A stretch of 64,000 nucleotides of DNA from Candidatus Woesebacteria bacterium GW2011_GWA1_39_21 (GTDB lineage: Bacteria; Patescibacteriota; Microgenomatia; UBA8517): NCBI GenBank assembly GCA_000993685.1, contig LBWP01000001.1, positions 9,739 through 73,738 on the forward strand, given 5' to 3'. Shown piece by piece: positions 9,028 to 19,415 of this stretch (the stretch's first letter is position 1; every line of letters starts with the position of its first letter). The notes under the pieces were generated by a model. It was not told the DNA's origin, did not search any database, and saw nothing but the letters and a program-made list of their open reading frames with translations. A program made the position numbers and the translations under genes.

Positions 9028-10359
9028 ATGATATCTGATACTTCTAAAATCAACCCCAAAGTACCTCCGCATTCTGGTGAAGCTGAAACTTCCGTTTTAG
9101 GCGCGATGCTTTTGGATAAAGATGCAATTATCTCCGTCGCGGAGTTTTTGACATCGGGCGATTTTTATGAAGACCGCAACAAAAATGTTTATGAGGCTAT
9201 GGTCTCGTTGTACGAAGACCGCGTTCCGATTGACACGTTGACGGTGACGGAAAAGTTACGAAAGAGAAAAGTTCTTAAAAACATTGGTGGAGCTTCATAT
9301 CTTGCGGAGCTTACAGCCCAGGTTCCAACGGCGGCGCATGTTGAGCATTACGGGAGAATTGTCAAAAATCTGGCTACAAAAAGACAACTTTTGACCGCTT
9401 CATCCCGCCTTACTGAAATGTCGTTTGATGAAAGTGTTTCGGCTGAAGATTTATTAGACCGGGCGGAATCTGAAATATTTTCACTTTCGCAAAAACATTT
9501 GGCGAAATCGTTTACTTCTGTTCGTAGTGCTTTAGAAGAAAGTTTTGACAGACTTGATGAACTCCATAAACGTGCAGATGGATTGAGGGGGGTTCCTACA
9601 GGGTATAAGGATTTAGACGATAGTCTTGCGGGGTTTCAAGAATCTAATTTGATAATTTTAGCTGCAAGACCGGGTGTTGGAAAGACATCACTTGCTTTAA
9701 ATATTGCACAAAACGTTGCCGTCAAATATAAAAAAAATGTGGGTTTTTTCTCGCTTGAAATGAGCAAGGAAGAACTGGTAGATAGGCTTTTGGTTTCTCA
9801 AGCTGATATAGATGCATGGAAATTAAAAACAGGGAAACTTTCTGAAACGGATTTTACTTCGCTTTCTAACGCGATGGGTGTCTTGGCCGAAGCTCCAATT
9901 TATATTGACGACACTCCGGCACTATCGATTTTGGAGATGCGGACGAAGGCCAGAAGATTACAAGTTGAACACGGGCTCGATCTAATTATTGTCGACTATC
10001 TCCAGCTGGCCCGTTCAAGGCAATTGGAAAACCGAGTTCAAGAAGTCTCTGAAATATCACAAGGTCTTAAGAATTTGGCGAGAGAGCTTAAAGTACCCGT
10101 CCTGACCATATCACAGCTATCAAGAGCGGTGGAACAGCGTGGAGGACCCAAACGACCGCAACTGTCCGACCTTCGTGAATCGGGGTCGATTGAACAGGAT
10201 GCCGACGTTGTCATGTTTTTATGGCGTGAAGATGAAGACAATCTGGAAAATTTCCAGCTTGATATTGCAAAACACAGAAACGGCCCCATTGGAAACATAA
10301 AACTCTACTTTAAGGGTGACAGAATCAAATTCTACGGAAGAGATAGCAAGCACAGTTAG
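9028..10359 (+). CDS. dnaB: Replicative DNA helicase
   Basis: PPHS..AE, AARPGVGKT, FSLEM, DYLQL, SDLRESGSIEQDAD. Confidence 0.97.
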   Translation: MISDTSKINPKVPPHSGEAETSVLGAMLLDKDAIISVAEFLTSGDFYEDRNKNVYEAMVSLYEDRVPIDTLTVTEKLRKRKVLKNIGGASYLAELTAQVPTAAHVEHYGRIVKNLATKRQLLTASSRLTEMSFDESVSAEDLLDRAESEIFSLSQKHLAKSFTSVRSALEESFDRLDELHKRADGLRGVPTGYKDLDDSLAGFQESNLIILAARPGVGKTSLALNIAQNVAVKYKKNVGFFSLEMSKEELVDRLLVSQADIDAWKLKTGKLSETDFTSLSNAMGVLAEAPIYIDDTPALSILEMRTKARRLQVEHGLDLIIVDYLQLARSRQLENRVQEVSEISQGLKNLARELKVPVLTISQLSRAVEQRGGPKRPQLSDLRESGSIEQDADVVMFLWREDEDNLENFQLDIAKHRNGPIGNIKLYFKGDRIKFYGRDSKHS

Positions 10360-10361
10360 GT

Positions 10362-10622
10362 TTATTTTTGTACGTCTGATTCATATACATCCTCGTCGTT
10401 TTCTACACGGAAAGTTTCCTTTGTATCCAAAGCTGTAATGACGTGAGAATGTTTTGTCGCGTTAACAATGCCGACGCGTACTCTTTTGTTGCCTAAATTG
10501 TATAGGTCAAGTCTAGTGCCCGACTTTACAACTAGATGCGAATAACTCATATCCTCAATATCGGCAGCGTCGTCAGCCAGGTCACGTCGGTTTTCAAAGA
10601 TTTGTTCCAATGATGGTGTCAT
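10362..10622 (-). CDS. Hypothetical protein
   Basis: 86 aa ORF convergent with dnaB. Confidence 0.5.
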   Translation of the reverse strand: MTPSLEQIFENRRDLADDAADIEDMSYSHLVVKSGTRLDLYNLGNKRVRVGIVNATKHSHVITALDTKETFRVENDEDVYESDVQK

Positions 10623-10665
10623 AATTTGTTTAGACTAAAATTTAATCTATAAAAGGTATTGCCTG

Positions 10666-10766
10666 GTGTCGAGCACGATACAGTAGTCGACCTTTTCAAA
10701 TTGTTTAATGAGACGTCAGGTGAGGCTAAATTTCAAGTCTCGCAGCCTGAAATTCTTAATAACCAC
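10666..10766 (+). repeat. att-like repeat A: displaced tRNA-Leu 3' end plus conserved tail
   Basis: Colinear with 11411-11512 apart from a 1 nt gap; starts GTGTCGAG; minus strand reads CTCGACACCA, like a tRNA 3' end with CCA. Confidence 0.7.
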
Positions 10767-10782
10767 TCAGGTGAAAACTTAC

Positions 10783-11157
10783 CTATTGGGATATCATGAG
10801 CAGGGTTCCAGATATGACTACGAATACCAAAAGTGTCAAACCTCTTATGTAGTACCGCTTATTTATATATGAAGCAGATTTGATGCACAGAGCCAATGTA
10901 ATTATATTTGATAGTATTTGGTAAACAAGATAGGGCAAATTATTGAATTCGAGAGCGACTGAATACTTAACCGGTTTTTCTGCACAAGTTGGATATGGAC
11001 AAAAGGATGTAGGTACTAACTTAGCTACTACATGACCAGGGAAACCGAAATAATAATAATAATTTTTGTAAGAGTTGCTAGCAATATTTACCGAAGAAGA
11101 AGCAACTGCTAACAATAAATACAAAGTTAATCCAATAAATATCGACTTATACTTCAT
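10783..11157 (-). CDS. Small membrane protein (islet cargo)
   Basis: Three hydrophobic segments, YFGFP motif, AT-rich. Confidence 0.6.
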   Translation of the reverse strand: MKYKSIFIGLTLYLLLAVASSSVNIASNSYKNYYYYFGFPGHVVAKLVPTSFCPYPTCAEKPVKYSVALEFNNLPYLVYQILSNIITLALCIKSASYINKRYYIRGLTLLVFVVISGTLLMISQ

Positions 11158-11289
11158 TAATCTGTGTCAGACAATATCAAATTTGTACTTTGTGCTCTAC
11201 ATATATTCAAATTTGAACGTATTTCAAAGGAGCGGCGGTTGCCGCCATCCAACCGCCGCAATATCTTTAAGCTCGGCTTTCAGCCTCGC

Positions 11290-11410
11290 AAAAAGTCGGC
11301 TCGAACTTCTTACTGCAGAATAAACGGATTGAGTTTTGCTCGAATCCACCGCACAATGCGCTTGCCGCGCGGCCATTCGCGGCTCGCGCATACCCATCTG
11401 ATCTCCTTGT
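11290..11410 (+). pseudogene. Possible C-terminal remnant of a large serine recombinase
   Basis: GC-rich patch translating QKVGSNFLLQNKRIEF..., which resembles CPR recombinase C-termini (from memory); runs into repeat B. Confidence 0.35.
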
Positions 11411-11512
11411 GTGCCGAGTACGGTACTATACTCGAACCTTTTCAACTACTTCAATGATACTTCAAATGAAGCCGAACTTCTATCTTCACGACTAACTTTA
11501 TTAAATAACCAC
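11411..11512 (+). repeat. att-like repeat B
   Basis: Starts GTGCCGAG, identical to the tRNA-Leu 3' end at 12333-12340; contains TCGAACC; homologous to repeat A. Confidence 0.7.
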
Positions 11513-11522
11513 CTTGCAGAGA

Positions 11523-12293
11523 TTAATTCGATATACACCCAGGGTTGACCTTTTTAACTTTTTGAGGATTATCAAACAGGATATCTTGATGAACTTCAGA
11601 TGGATACGAATTCCGTATAACGATAATTCCTTTATCAACCACATAACCAAAATCATTGGCTCGACCAGACCTTGAGTCGCCTATGACATAGAATGGAAGT
11701 TTTTGTGACTTAGTTTTAACCTCTGATGGACAATATATATCTTCTTTTGTTGCGTTTTCACCGGCTAGTTTGACAACCCACTTATTCGTTGCGTTATCGT
11801 ATCTTAATGTTTCCGAAAAAGAGCCATTATTCATAAACCAATTGAATTTTGAGAAACTATCGAAAAAATACACTTCTAGTCCAACTTCGCCAGTACCCGT
11901 TTCATTAAAATTGCGTTTGGGCTCTATATCAGTTAAGAGTTCGCCATAATCAGTAGGATTATATTTAAACTCAAATCCAAATTCTTCGTTGCGGTATGTT
12001 TTAAGGTCAGAAGTGTAGTTTGACGCCTCCGAAGCTGTTTCTCTCGGTTGCCATGTTCCTATTTTCTTAGTGCACTCCCTCAAAAACTTTTCATTTGCTT
12101 TCGCTTCATTCTGGTTTTGTGCTACGCCAACCTGACATAAACCCTGAAAAAGATAGCATTGCTTTCCAGTTTTTTTCTCACATTCGTCTTTAGATGTGTA
12201 AGAACCTGATTTATTATCTCTCTTAGTAGAAATAAACAAAGCAACTACTACAGTTGTAAAAAGTAAGAGGCATATTAGTAGAATTTTCCTCAT
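11523..12293 (-). CDS. Membrane-anchored/secreted protein with KTYxNxxxGFxFKY motif (islet cargo)
   Basis: Signal/TM N-terminus, Cys-rich region, KTYRNEEFGFEFKY. Confidence 0.7.
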   Translation of the reverse strand: MRKILLICLLLFTTVVVALFISTKRDNKSGSYTSKDECEKKTGKQCYLFQGLCQVGVAQNQNEAKANEKFLRECTKKIGTWQPRETASEASNYTSDLKTYRNEEFGFEFKYNPTDYGELLTDIEPKRNFNETGTGEVGLEVYFFDSFSKFNWFMNNGSFSETLRYDNATNKWVVKLAGENATKEDIYCPSEVKTKSQKLPFYVIGDSRSGRANDFGYVVDKGIIVIRNSYPSEVHQDILFDNPQKVKKVNPGCISN

Positions 12294-12333
12294 AATCTAT
12301 CTTATATCAACTTACATCATCTTTGTCACTTTG

Positions 12334-12418
12334 TGCCGAGAAGAGGAGTCGAACCTCCACAAGCTGTTATGCTTACAGGTTTTTGAGACCTGCGCGTCTG
12401 CCATTCCGCCACCTCGGC
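12334..12418 (-). tRNA. tRNA-Leu (CAA)
   Basis: GCCGAGG acceptor, CAGGT-CTCAAAA-ACCTG anticodon arm, long variable arm, GGTTCGACTCC; CCA not encoded. Confidence 0.93.
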
Positions 12419-12587
12419 GCGTCGAAACAAGTTTTGTTTTTTTGAATTGTTCGACTTACCTCACAATTCATAGCACTTCACTGTTTCTCCTTTCAAAAAT
12501 TCTTTGAATTTTTGTAGGTAGTTCCTATTTTACCAAATTCCACTGTATTTTTCTCGATATTCGAGATACTATACTCGATATACAAGT

Positions 12588-13664
12588 ATGGTCGATCCTC
12601 GGATACAAAAACAAGCCGATATTTTGGTTAATCACAGTGCAAAAGTTAAAAAAGGTGACAGTGTAATAATTTCGGGAGACATAATTTCAAAGCCGTTGAT
12701 CTTTGAAATCTACAAGTTGTGTATTAAAAACGGTGCCATTGATGTCGCGACAAAATTCGATGCTTACGAATTCGGCGAGTATTTTTTCAAAAACGCCAAT
12801 GACAACCAGCTTCATTTTTTTCCAAAGTTAGATTTCGAAGAGATTAAACAGACTGATTGCTACATTCGCATCGCAGCCCCCGTAAACACCAAGGCACTGT
12901 CAAACGTTGATGCAGATAAAATTTCGCAGCGGATCAAAGTGTTGGAGCCAATTTCTAATTACCGCGTTGAGCACACCCGTTGGGTGATTACCCGCTTTCC
13001 TACTGATGCGCAGGCACAAGAGGCGGACATGTCGCTTTCCGAATACGAGGATTTTGTCTTTGGTGCAATTAACGACGTTGATTGGAAGAAAAAATGGCTC
13101 GAGCAGGAAAAATTACGCAAACTTGTTGATGTTACTAAAACAGTGAGAATTGTTGGTCGACAAACTGATCTGACAATTTCAATAAAGGGTCGGAAGTCTG
13201 AAAATGCCGGCGGAGAATTTAATATGCCTGACGGTGAGGTCTTTACATCGGCTGTAGAAGATTCTGCAGAAGGCTACATTAGATATAGTTTTCCAGCCCT
13301 TTACATGGGACGTGAATTTCAAAATGTCAGCCTGGTATTTAAGAATGGCAAGGTTGTTAAAGCTACAGCCTCAAAAAACGAAAGCGATCTGAACAGAATT
13401 TTGAACATGGATCGGGGAGCTAGATATATTGGCGAGCTTGGAATTGGAAATAATTTTTCTATTACAAAGTTTACAAAAGATATTCTTTTTGACGAAAAAA
13501 TTGGCGGAACAATTCATATTGCCCTCGGTAGGGGATACAAAGAGACTTTAAGTAAAAATAAATCGAACCTGCACTGGGATATGATCTACGATCTGCGCAC
13601 CGACGGGCAATTATGGTTTGATCAAAGACTGGTCCAGAAAAATGGAAAGTGGCTTTCTCTTTAA
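12588..13664 (+). CDS. M29 family aminopeptidase (AmpS/aminopeptidase T-like)
   Basis: NMPDGEVFT, IGELGIG, LFDEKIGGTIHIALG, HWDM. Confidence 0.92.
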   Translation: MVDPRIQKQADILVNHSAKVKKGDSVIISGDIISKPLIFEIYKLCIKNGAIDVATKFDAYEFGEYFFKNANDNQLHFFPKLDFEEIKQTDCYIRIAAPVNTKALSNVDADKISQRIKVLEPISNYRVEHTRWVITRFPTDAQAQEADMSLSEYEDFVFGAINDVDWKKKWLEQEKLRKLVDVTKTVRIVGRQTDLTISIKGRKSENAGGEFNMPDGEVFTSAVEDSAEGYIRYSFPALYMGREFQNVSLVFKNGKVVKATASKNESDLNRILNMDRGARYIGELGIGNNFSITKFTKDILFDEKIGGTIHIALGRGYKETLSKNKSNLHWDMIYDLRTDGQLWFDQRLVQKNGKWLSL

Positions 13665-13685
13665 CTGGAACGGCTCAAACAGGTG

Positions 13686-14150
13686 TTAGGCTGTTGTCAT
13701 CCACAAGATAGAAGCTACAATTACTACAATTTGTGTTGCAAATCCAAGAAAGACGTTGGTGTTGAATTGATGATTTTTTTGAAAGAATAATATTTTTTTC
13801 ATCCACGGCTTTTTGTAATTAAGGAAAATATAAGGCGCTTCAATCAGATCGGGCAGTACAGAGGCAAAGCAGCAAGCTAGAACAAGAATTGTTTGTTTGA
13901 CATTGGGCAGAAACGACGCTGCGATGATACTGCCTAAAACTAAGGCTAGGGTGGAATCGGCAATAATTATCTTTAAACTTTTTGAGTCGATAGTTTTAAC
14001 TTCCGCCTGTTGGTTTGTGATGTGTGGGTTCCAATGTGGAACCTCGTCTAAAACGAAATGGGAAAAGAAAGACAGCGATACTGCCAGAAAGGGATTTCCG
14101 GTTTTGACGGCAATTGCCGCCGCGACTATTACATGTGGTGTCTCGAGCAC
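13686..14150 (-). CDS. Membrane protein, metal-dependent hydrolase-like
   Basis: TPH, SHFVLDEVPHW, LPD motifs; probable GTG start. Confidence 0.7.
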   Translation of the reverse strand: MLETPHVIVAAAIAVKTGNPFLAVSLSFFSHFVLDEVPHWNPHITNQQAEVKTIDSKSLKIIIADSTLALVLGSIIAASFLPNVKQTILVLACCFASVLPDLIEAPYIFLNYKKPWMKKILFFQKNHQFNTNVFLGFATQIVVIVASILWMTTA

Positions 14151-14232
14151 AAGTCTTATCATAGTAAATAACACTTTATAATGTCAAACATAGGTAAATG
14201 TAAAGATCAATTGTGCTAATATCATAGATATT

Positions 14233-14832
14233 ATGGAAAGTGTACTTCTGACCGTTTTAGTTTCTGTTTTTTGCGGTTTGACCTTTCTTTTTATATTTTG
14301 GAAAAATCTCAAGGACGATTACATGCCGAGTCAAATTTTTTCTGTCGGCTTTATCGTACTCATTTCGTTTGCACTGGGCTTTTTCCTTTCGGGGTTTGCA
14401 AGCACTTATCGTTTTTGGATTCTTTTTATTGCGATCGTAATCGGTTATATTATAGGTTATTCAAAGTCGAAAATTAAATTTTACGAAGGACTTGATAGCT
14501 TAACAATTGCCTTGGCGATATCTCTGATTCCTTCTGCTTTATTTTTTATTAACGATTGGAGTCTTGACCTGTTTTTGTTTTATCTATCATTGGCGCTTTC
14601 ATGCCTGGTTTACTTTTCTGTCAGAAGATATTATAAAACATTTATTTGGTATAAGTCGGGCAAGAGAGGTTTTTCTGGCCTCTTTACCTTGGGCGTAGTC
14701 TTTTTGTTTCGTTCAGTTGTTTCGATTGTTAAACCCGATTATACTTTGTTTTTGACAGAATACGACATCTTTATTTCAGGATTGATTTCCTTTTCAGCAT
14801 TTCTTAATATATTCATATTGGGGGAAAAATAA
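14233..14832 (+). CDS. Polytopic membrane protein (possibly Lgt-like)
   Basis: About 7 TM segments; family assignment weak. Confidence 0.6.
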   Translation: MESVLLTVLVSVFCGLTFLFIFWKNLKDDYMPSQIFSVGFIVLISFALGFFLSGFASTYRFWILFIAIVIGYIIGYSKSKIKFYEGLDSLTIALAISLIPSALFFINDWSLDLFLFYLSLALSCLVYFSVRRYYKTFIWYKSGKRGFSGLFTLGVVFLFRSVVSIVKPDYTLFLTEYDIFISGLISFSAFLNIFILGEK

Positions 14833-15215
14833 TGAAGACTAAAGACAAAACTCAAACATTGCGCTTTCCATCAAATCTCGTTGCTCCTATTGGGAGGTTT
14901 TTAAGAACCAGCCTTAAGAAACTTGAGTCTCGTAAAAACGATATAGTGAGGGAGGATCCGTTTAGGAATAAGTCACGGCTTTTAGACAATGCTTCCCCGG
15001 ACGCAGATGCTGAAGAACAATTCGGACACGCACGTACATCGGCAATAAAGGAACAAATTGATCGACAGATTATACAAACCAGAAAAGCATTAACCCGGGT
15101 TAAGGTAGGGAAGTATGGTATCTGTGAGGACTGTGGGAATATGATTGATACCGAAAGGTTAATGGCATATCCCGAGGCAACACTTTGTACAAAATGTCAG
15201 GCTAAACGGGAATAG
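14832..15215 (+). CDS. TraR/DksA C4 zinc finger protein
   Basis: GKYGICEDCG..I..ERL.AYPEATLCTKC. Confidence 0.9.
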   Translation: MKTKDKTQTLRFPSNLVAPIGRFLRTSLKKLESRKNDIVREDPFRNKSRLLDNASPDADAEEQFGHARTSAIKEQIDRQIIQTRKALTRVKVGKYGICEDCGNMIDTERLMAYPEATLCTKCQAKRE

Positions 15216-15247
15216 CGGGAAATATACTTTCGCGTTAAACTATCTTC

Positions 15248-15964
15248 ATGGAAACCCCAAAGGTCATTTACCAAGACGACGACGTACTTGTTTTGGATAA
15301 ACCTTCCGGCTGGGTTGTCAATGATGCAAAGACGGCTCACGGAAACCCAATTCTGCAAAATTGGTTGAAAGAGAATTACAACTATCCGATTTCGCAGTCG
15401 ATCGAGAAAAGGTCTGGAATTGTCCACCGCTTGGATAAGGAAACGAGTGGGCTTTTGCTCATTGCAAAAAACGAAGCGGCTTTTGACGGCTTGCAAAGCC
15501 AATTTAAAGAGAGGTTAGTTAAAAAAACCTATTCTGCTTTGGTTCATGGTAAGTTTAATGATATGGAGGGGGTAATTTCTGAACCAGTCGGAAGACTTCC
15601 GTGGAACAGGGAAAGATTTGGTGTTTTACCTTCCGGTAAAGCTTCCTTGACAGAATACTGTGTTACTGCATCGTATTTAGATAAGCAAAAAAATATGTAT
15701 AGCTTATTAGAGCTTCTGCCAAAAACCGGTAGGACTCACCAGATTCGAGTACACTTAAAGTCAATTAACCACCCGATTGTTTCAGACCTATTTTATGCCG
15801 GGAGAAAAACATCTCGAAAGGATAGACTTTGGTGTCCAAGGCTTTTTCTCCATGCAGGGGTAATCGGGTTTAAAAATCCTGGAAGCGGTAAAGCGATGTC
15901 TTTAAATTCTTCGCTTCCAGCCGATTTAAATTCTGCTTTGGCGAAGCTTAGCCTCTTGATATAG
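15248..15964 (+). CDS. RluA family pseudouridine synthase
   Basis: DKPSG, HRLDKETSG, TGRTHQIRVH, LFLHA. Confidence 0.93.
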   Translation: METPKVIYQDDDVLVLDKPSGWVVNDAKTAHGNPILQNWLKENYNYPISQSIEKRSGIVHRLDKETSGLLLIAKNEAAFDGLQSQFKERLVKKTYSALVHGKFNDMEGVISEPVGRLPWNRERFGVLPSGKASLTEYCVTASYLDKQKNMYSLLELLPKTGRTHQIRVHLKSINHPIVSDLFYAGRKTSRKDRLWCPRLFLHAGVIGFKNPGSGKAMSLNSSLPADLNSALAKLSLLI

Positions 15965-16006
15965 AGACTCTTTACTATCGTACTTCGTTTGCTTTAGACT
16001 GAAAAC

Positions 16007-16930
16007 GTGATCAGAGGCAGCCGGCGTCGGGCGAAAAAATTCAAAAGAGTTCGCAATTTTCAAAAATTTCCTTTAAAGAAAACCATTATTGGCTTCGGTA
16101 TTGGTTTATTTTTGGTTTTCATTGTCTTTGTGGTAACAATCGTTTTGAGTATTCGAAAAAGTGTCGGTATCGGTAAACCCATCAATACGGTTATCGTCTA
16201 CCGGGACGGGTTGGTTTTTGCAGGGTTTGACCCATCTGTTAATGATTTATTGTTAGTAAAAGTTCCTGGAAATTTGATGGTTAATACCGCAGGTGGGTAT
16301 GGAAAGTATCAACTAAAAAACGTGTACGACTTGGGAGAGAACGAAAAAAAAGCGGATGACTTAGTTAAAAAAACGATTATGAAAAATTTTCATATCCCGA
16401 TACATCTGGTGGTTGATTGTAGAAAGATTAGTTTTAACGGTGAAAGCGTTGGCACAAGTACTTTTTCGTGTCCGAAGCGACGGAATTTATTTTCGTTAGT
16501 AAATTTGTTATACGAGAGCATCAAAAGCGGCGGAAATACAAGCACAAAAGATTTGAAAGATTACCGGGCGATTGTTACTGATACAACTGACGATGGTTTT
16601 TTTGAATTATCGGATAGTATTTTTGACAAGTTGGAATTTGATTTTTCCCAAGATATGAGTCTTGACCAAATTGTTAATGTTAGGTTGGAAATAGGAAATA
16701 GTTCAGATCTGCCTGAATATTTGTACGACGTAATAAAAATCATGGGTGGAAGGGTAGTTGAGGGCACGTCTGGAAAAGATGTTGTTAGCAGTGGCTGTGC
16801 CGTTTTTGGCGATGATAAAAAGTTTATCGAAGATGTTGGAAGAGTGTTTGGTTGTCGGGTCGAATATGAGGAAATGGTTGCTAAAGAAGCACGGGTAAGT
16901 ATCTCCGAGAGCTACTTAAGATCACTTTAA
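16007..16930 (+). CDS. Membrane-anchored LCP-like hypothetical protein
   Basis: Basic N-terminus plus TM segment; VP..L.V...GGYG..LK.VY.LG. Confidence 0.6.
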   Translation: MIRGSRRRAKKFKRVRNFQKFPLKKTIIGFGIGLFLVFIVFVVTIVLSIRKSVGIGKPINTVIVYRDGLVFAGFDPSVNDLLLVKVPGNLMVNTAGGYGKYQLKNVYDLGENEKKADDLVKKTIMKNFHIPIHLVVDCRKISFNGESVGTSTFSCPKRRNLFSLVNLLYESIKSGGNTSTKDLKDYRAIVTDTTDDGFFELSDSIFDKLEFDFSQDMSLDQIVNVRLEIGNSSDLPEYLYDVIKIMGGRVVEGTSGKDVVSSGCAVFGDDKKFIEDVGRVFGCRVEYEEMVAKEARVSISESYLRSL

Positions 16931-16934
16931 AGCG

Positions 16935-17672
16935 CTAGCTTTCAATTCCGTTACTAAACTGCTGGCTATCGCTACCTTGTGTTTCACTCTCGTCATCCTC
17001 GTTTGAGACAATGGTTGGTTTTTCATGAATTAATTCTGGGGCGGTGTAGGGGTTATAGTCGATTTTTTCTGAAGAAAATGAAGGTTGGTTTTGAAAATGT
17101 TCTGGGCGATCCGCTTCTCTGATAAAGACTTTGATTTCGTTATTCGAAACGGATTTAATCGAAAAAGTGTATTTATACCCAAGCCTTATTAGTTTTTTGA
17201 TGCGGATTGAAATGTCATCTGGGAGTTTTCCAATATATGTGTCCGAATCGGTAACGATGGAGATGCGTTGACCCTTGATGTTTTCGTAAACGATGTCACC
17301 ACAATCAAGTTTTGCGATCACCGGTTTGTCACAAGGATGAATTAATCGCACAATTTTGGTTTTCCCGGGTTCCTCCAAAAAAAGTTCTGCCGACATTTTT
17401 CCAGATGGATTTTTGTCAGCTTTTTTGACGTTTTTCCATTTCTCCCAACATTTAAGGGCAATTTGATTATAGGGATCAAGTTTCAAAGTTTTTTTAATTG
17501 AAGATTTTGCGGAGGAGATATTTCCAAGTTCAAAATATGCTTTGGATAGTCTATTGAGCGCTTCAATGTCATGTGGGGAATCCTGTAGGATCAACTTATT
17601 GGTGTCTCTGGCATTTTTCCAGTTGCCAAGTAGTGCAAAATTTACAGCTTTTTGGGCAAGGGATTGATTCAT
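16935..17672 (-). CDS. TPR-containing protein
   Basis: EALNRLSKAY.ELG, LKLDPYNQIA, FLEEPGKTK. Confidence 0.8.
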   Translation of the reverse strand: MNQSLAQKAVNFALLGNWKNARDTNKLILQDSPHDIEALNRLSKAYFELGNISSAKSSIKKTLKLDPYNQIALKCWEKWKNVKKADKNPSGKMSAELFLEEPGKTKIVRLIHPCDKPVIAKLDCGDIVYENIKGQRISIVTDSDTYIGKLPDDISIRIKKLIRLGYKYTFSIKSVSNNEIKVFIREADRPEHFQNQPSFSSEKIDYNPYTAPELIHEKPTIVSNEDDESETQGSDSQQFSNGIES

Positions 17673-17876
17673 TAATTTTTATCTTACATGTAAGTATATT
17701 GTTCGAATTTTTCTTGTCAATAACTTATTGTTCGGCAAAAACCTTCGTGATTGATGTGCTAATTTGTAGTGACGATTAAATACGTATTAGTAAAACCAAG
17801 ACGCTCAATTTTCTAATTTTACCCTTTAAGTTAGTCAGATTAGCTAGTATAATTACACTCGAGGAATTATTTAATT

Positions 17877-18617
17877 ATGTCGGGCCACTCACATTTTGCA
17901 ACAATTAAAAGGGCCAAGGAGCTTAAGGATTCACAGAAAGGTAAGATCTTTTCTAAACACGCTAGGTCAATTTCGATGGCAGTAAAGGCAGGTGGAGGAA
18001 CCGATCCTACCGCAAATTACAAGCTGCGAATGGCTATCGAAGCTGCGCGGGCCGATAACCTTCCTAAAGAAAATATCGAGAGGGCAATTTCAAAAGCTTC
18101 AACCGAAGCCAGTAATTTAGAAGAATATGTCTACGAAGGTTATGGACCTTTCGGAGTTTCCTTTTTGATTGAAGCAACAACAGATAACAAAAACAGAACT
18201 GCTCAAGAAATTAAAAATATTTTTGAAAGGGGAGGGGGTAGCATGGCCGGTCCAGGTTCGGTATCTTTTAACTTTGAAAGTATAGGGATGATTAAGGTTA
18301 AAAAATCGGAAAGTCCAGAAACTCAACTTCTTGACCTGATTGACTTGGGAATAGACGACTACGAAGAAGTCGGTGATGAGTTGATTTTATACGTTCCTTT
18401 TGATAAGACGGCGCAATTAAAAGATGCGATTTCCTCTAAAGGATATTCTGTGGTTAGTACTCAACTAATTAAAAAAGCGAAAACTTTTTTAGACATCACA
18501 GAGATCGGAAAAGCAAAAAAGATTTTTGATTTGATAAAAAAAATGGAAGAACAAGATGACGTGCAAAATGTTTACACGAATGTTAATGTAAGTGGCGAGT
18601 TGTTGGCCACTTTGTAG
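17877..18617 (+). CDS. yebC: YebC/PmpR family protein
   Basis: MSGHSH, YEGYGP.GV, TDNKNRT, DDVQNVYTN. Confidence 0.95.
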   Translation: MSGHSHFATIKRAKELKDSQKGKIFSKHARSISMAVKAGGGTDPTANYKLRMAIEAARADNLPKENIERAISKASTEASNLEEYVYEGYGPFGVSFLIEATTDNKNRTAQEIKNIFERGGGSMAGPGSVSFNFESIGMIKVKKSESPETQLLDLIDLGIDDYEEVGDELILYVPFDKTAQLKDAISSKGYSVVSTQLIKKAKTFLDITEIGKAKKIFDLIKKMEEQDDVQNVYTNVNVSGELLATL

Positions 18618-18638
18618 TATGAGAGAATATTTTTCTTT

Positions 18639-19415
18639 ATGGATAAAAGAAAACGCTTCATCATAAGCTCCGCAATTTTAACCGCGACCCTTATTACTGT
18701 ACAATTGTTGGAAAATCAGACATATAAATTTATTTGCATAGCTTTACTGGGAGTACTCTTGGTCATCCTTTTTTGGTGGTCGCTTCGAGAGGGATTAAAA
18801 AGCAAAATTTCATTTTTAATTTTAGTTCTTCCTTTGTACTACTCGATCGGTTCGGCTGTCTTTTGGTTTTTGCTTCCCAAATCGCTGTGGGTAACGACTT
18901 TCGTTTCAATCTTTTATGGCGTGTCGATATATGCGCTTTTTCTTACAGCAAATGTTTACTCGGTTTCATATTTGAAAACAATTGCACTTTATCGCGCCGC
19001 TAAAGGTGTCGGCTTTTTACTTACTTTGATTGCTTTTTTCTTGACTCTAGATGGGATTATTTCTCTAAGACTGTCTTATCTAATAATTGGCCCATTGGTT
19101 TTTGTTCTGACTTTTCCGTTATATCTTCAAGGTTTTTGGACGACTACTTTGGAAAGTAATATGAATCCAAAAGCCGTCAACATGGCATTAGTAGCGTCAC
19201 TATTACAAGCGCAAGTTTCAATTGTGCTGTTTTTTTGGCCGGTTAGTGTAATTGTCGGGTCGCTTTTCTTAACAATATTTTTTTATATCGTAATGGGTTT
19301 GGGACAAAGTGAAATTGAGGGGAGACTTTTTTCACAAACCGTTAGAGAATACCTTATGGTTGGCACGGTTGTGTTTATTGTAATGTTGCTATCTACAAGC
19401 TGGAGCGGATATTAA
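18639..19415 (+). CDS. Polytopic membrane protein (DUF5656-like)
   Basis: About 9 TM segments, LTANVYSVS..KTIALYRAA. Confidence 0.7.
   Translation: MDKRKRFIISSAILTATLITVQLLENQTYKFICIALLGVLLVILFWWSLREGLKSKISFLILVLPLYYSIGSAVFWFLLPKSLWVTTFVSIFYGVSIYALFLTANVYSVSYLKTIALYRAAKGVGFLLTLIAFFLTLDGIISLRLSYLIIGPLVFVLTFPLYLQGFWTTTLESNMNPKAVNMALVASLLQAQVSIVLFFWPVSVIVGSLFLTIFFYIVMGLGQSEIEGRLFSQTVREYLMVGTVVFIVMLLSTSWSGY

Noticed and set aside
11164-11457. Overlapping 97 aa and 73 aa ORFs as real genes
   Set aside because: Better explained as a GC-rich recombinase remnant plus the att repeat
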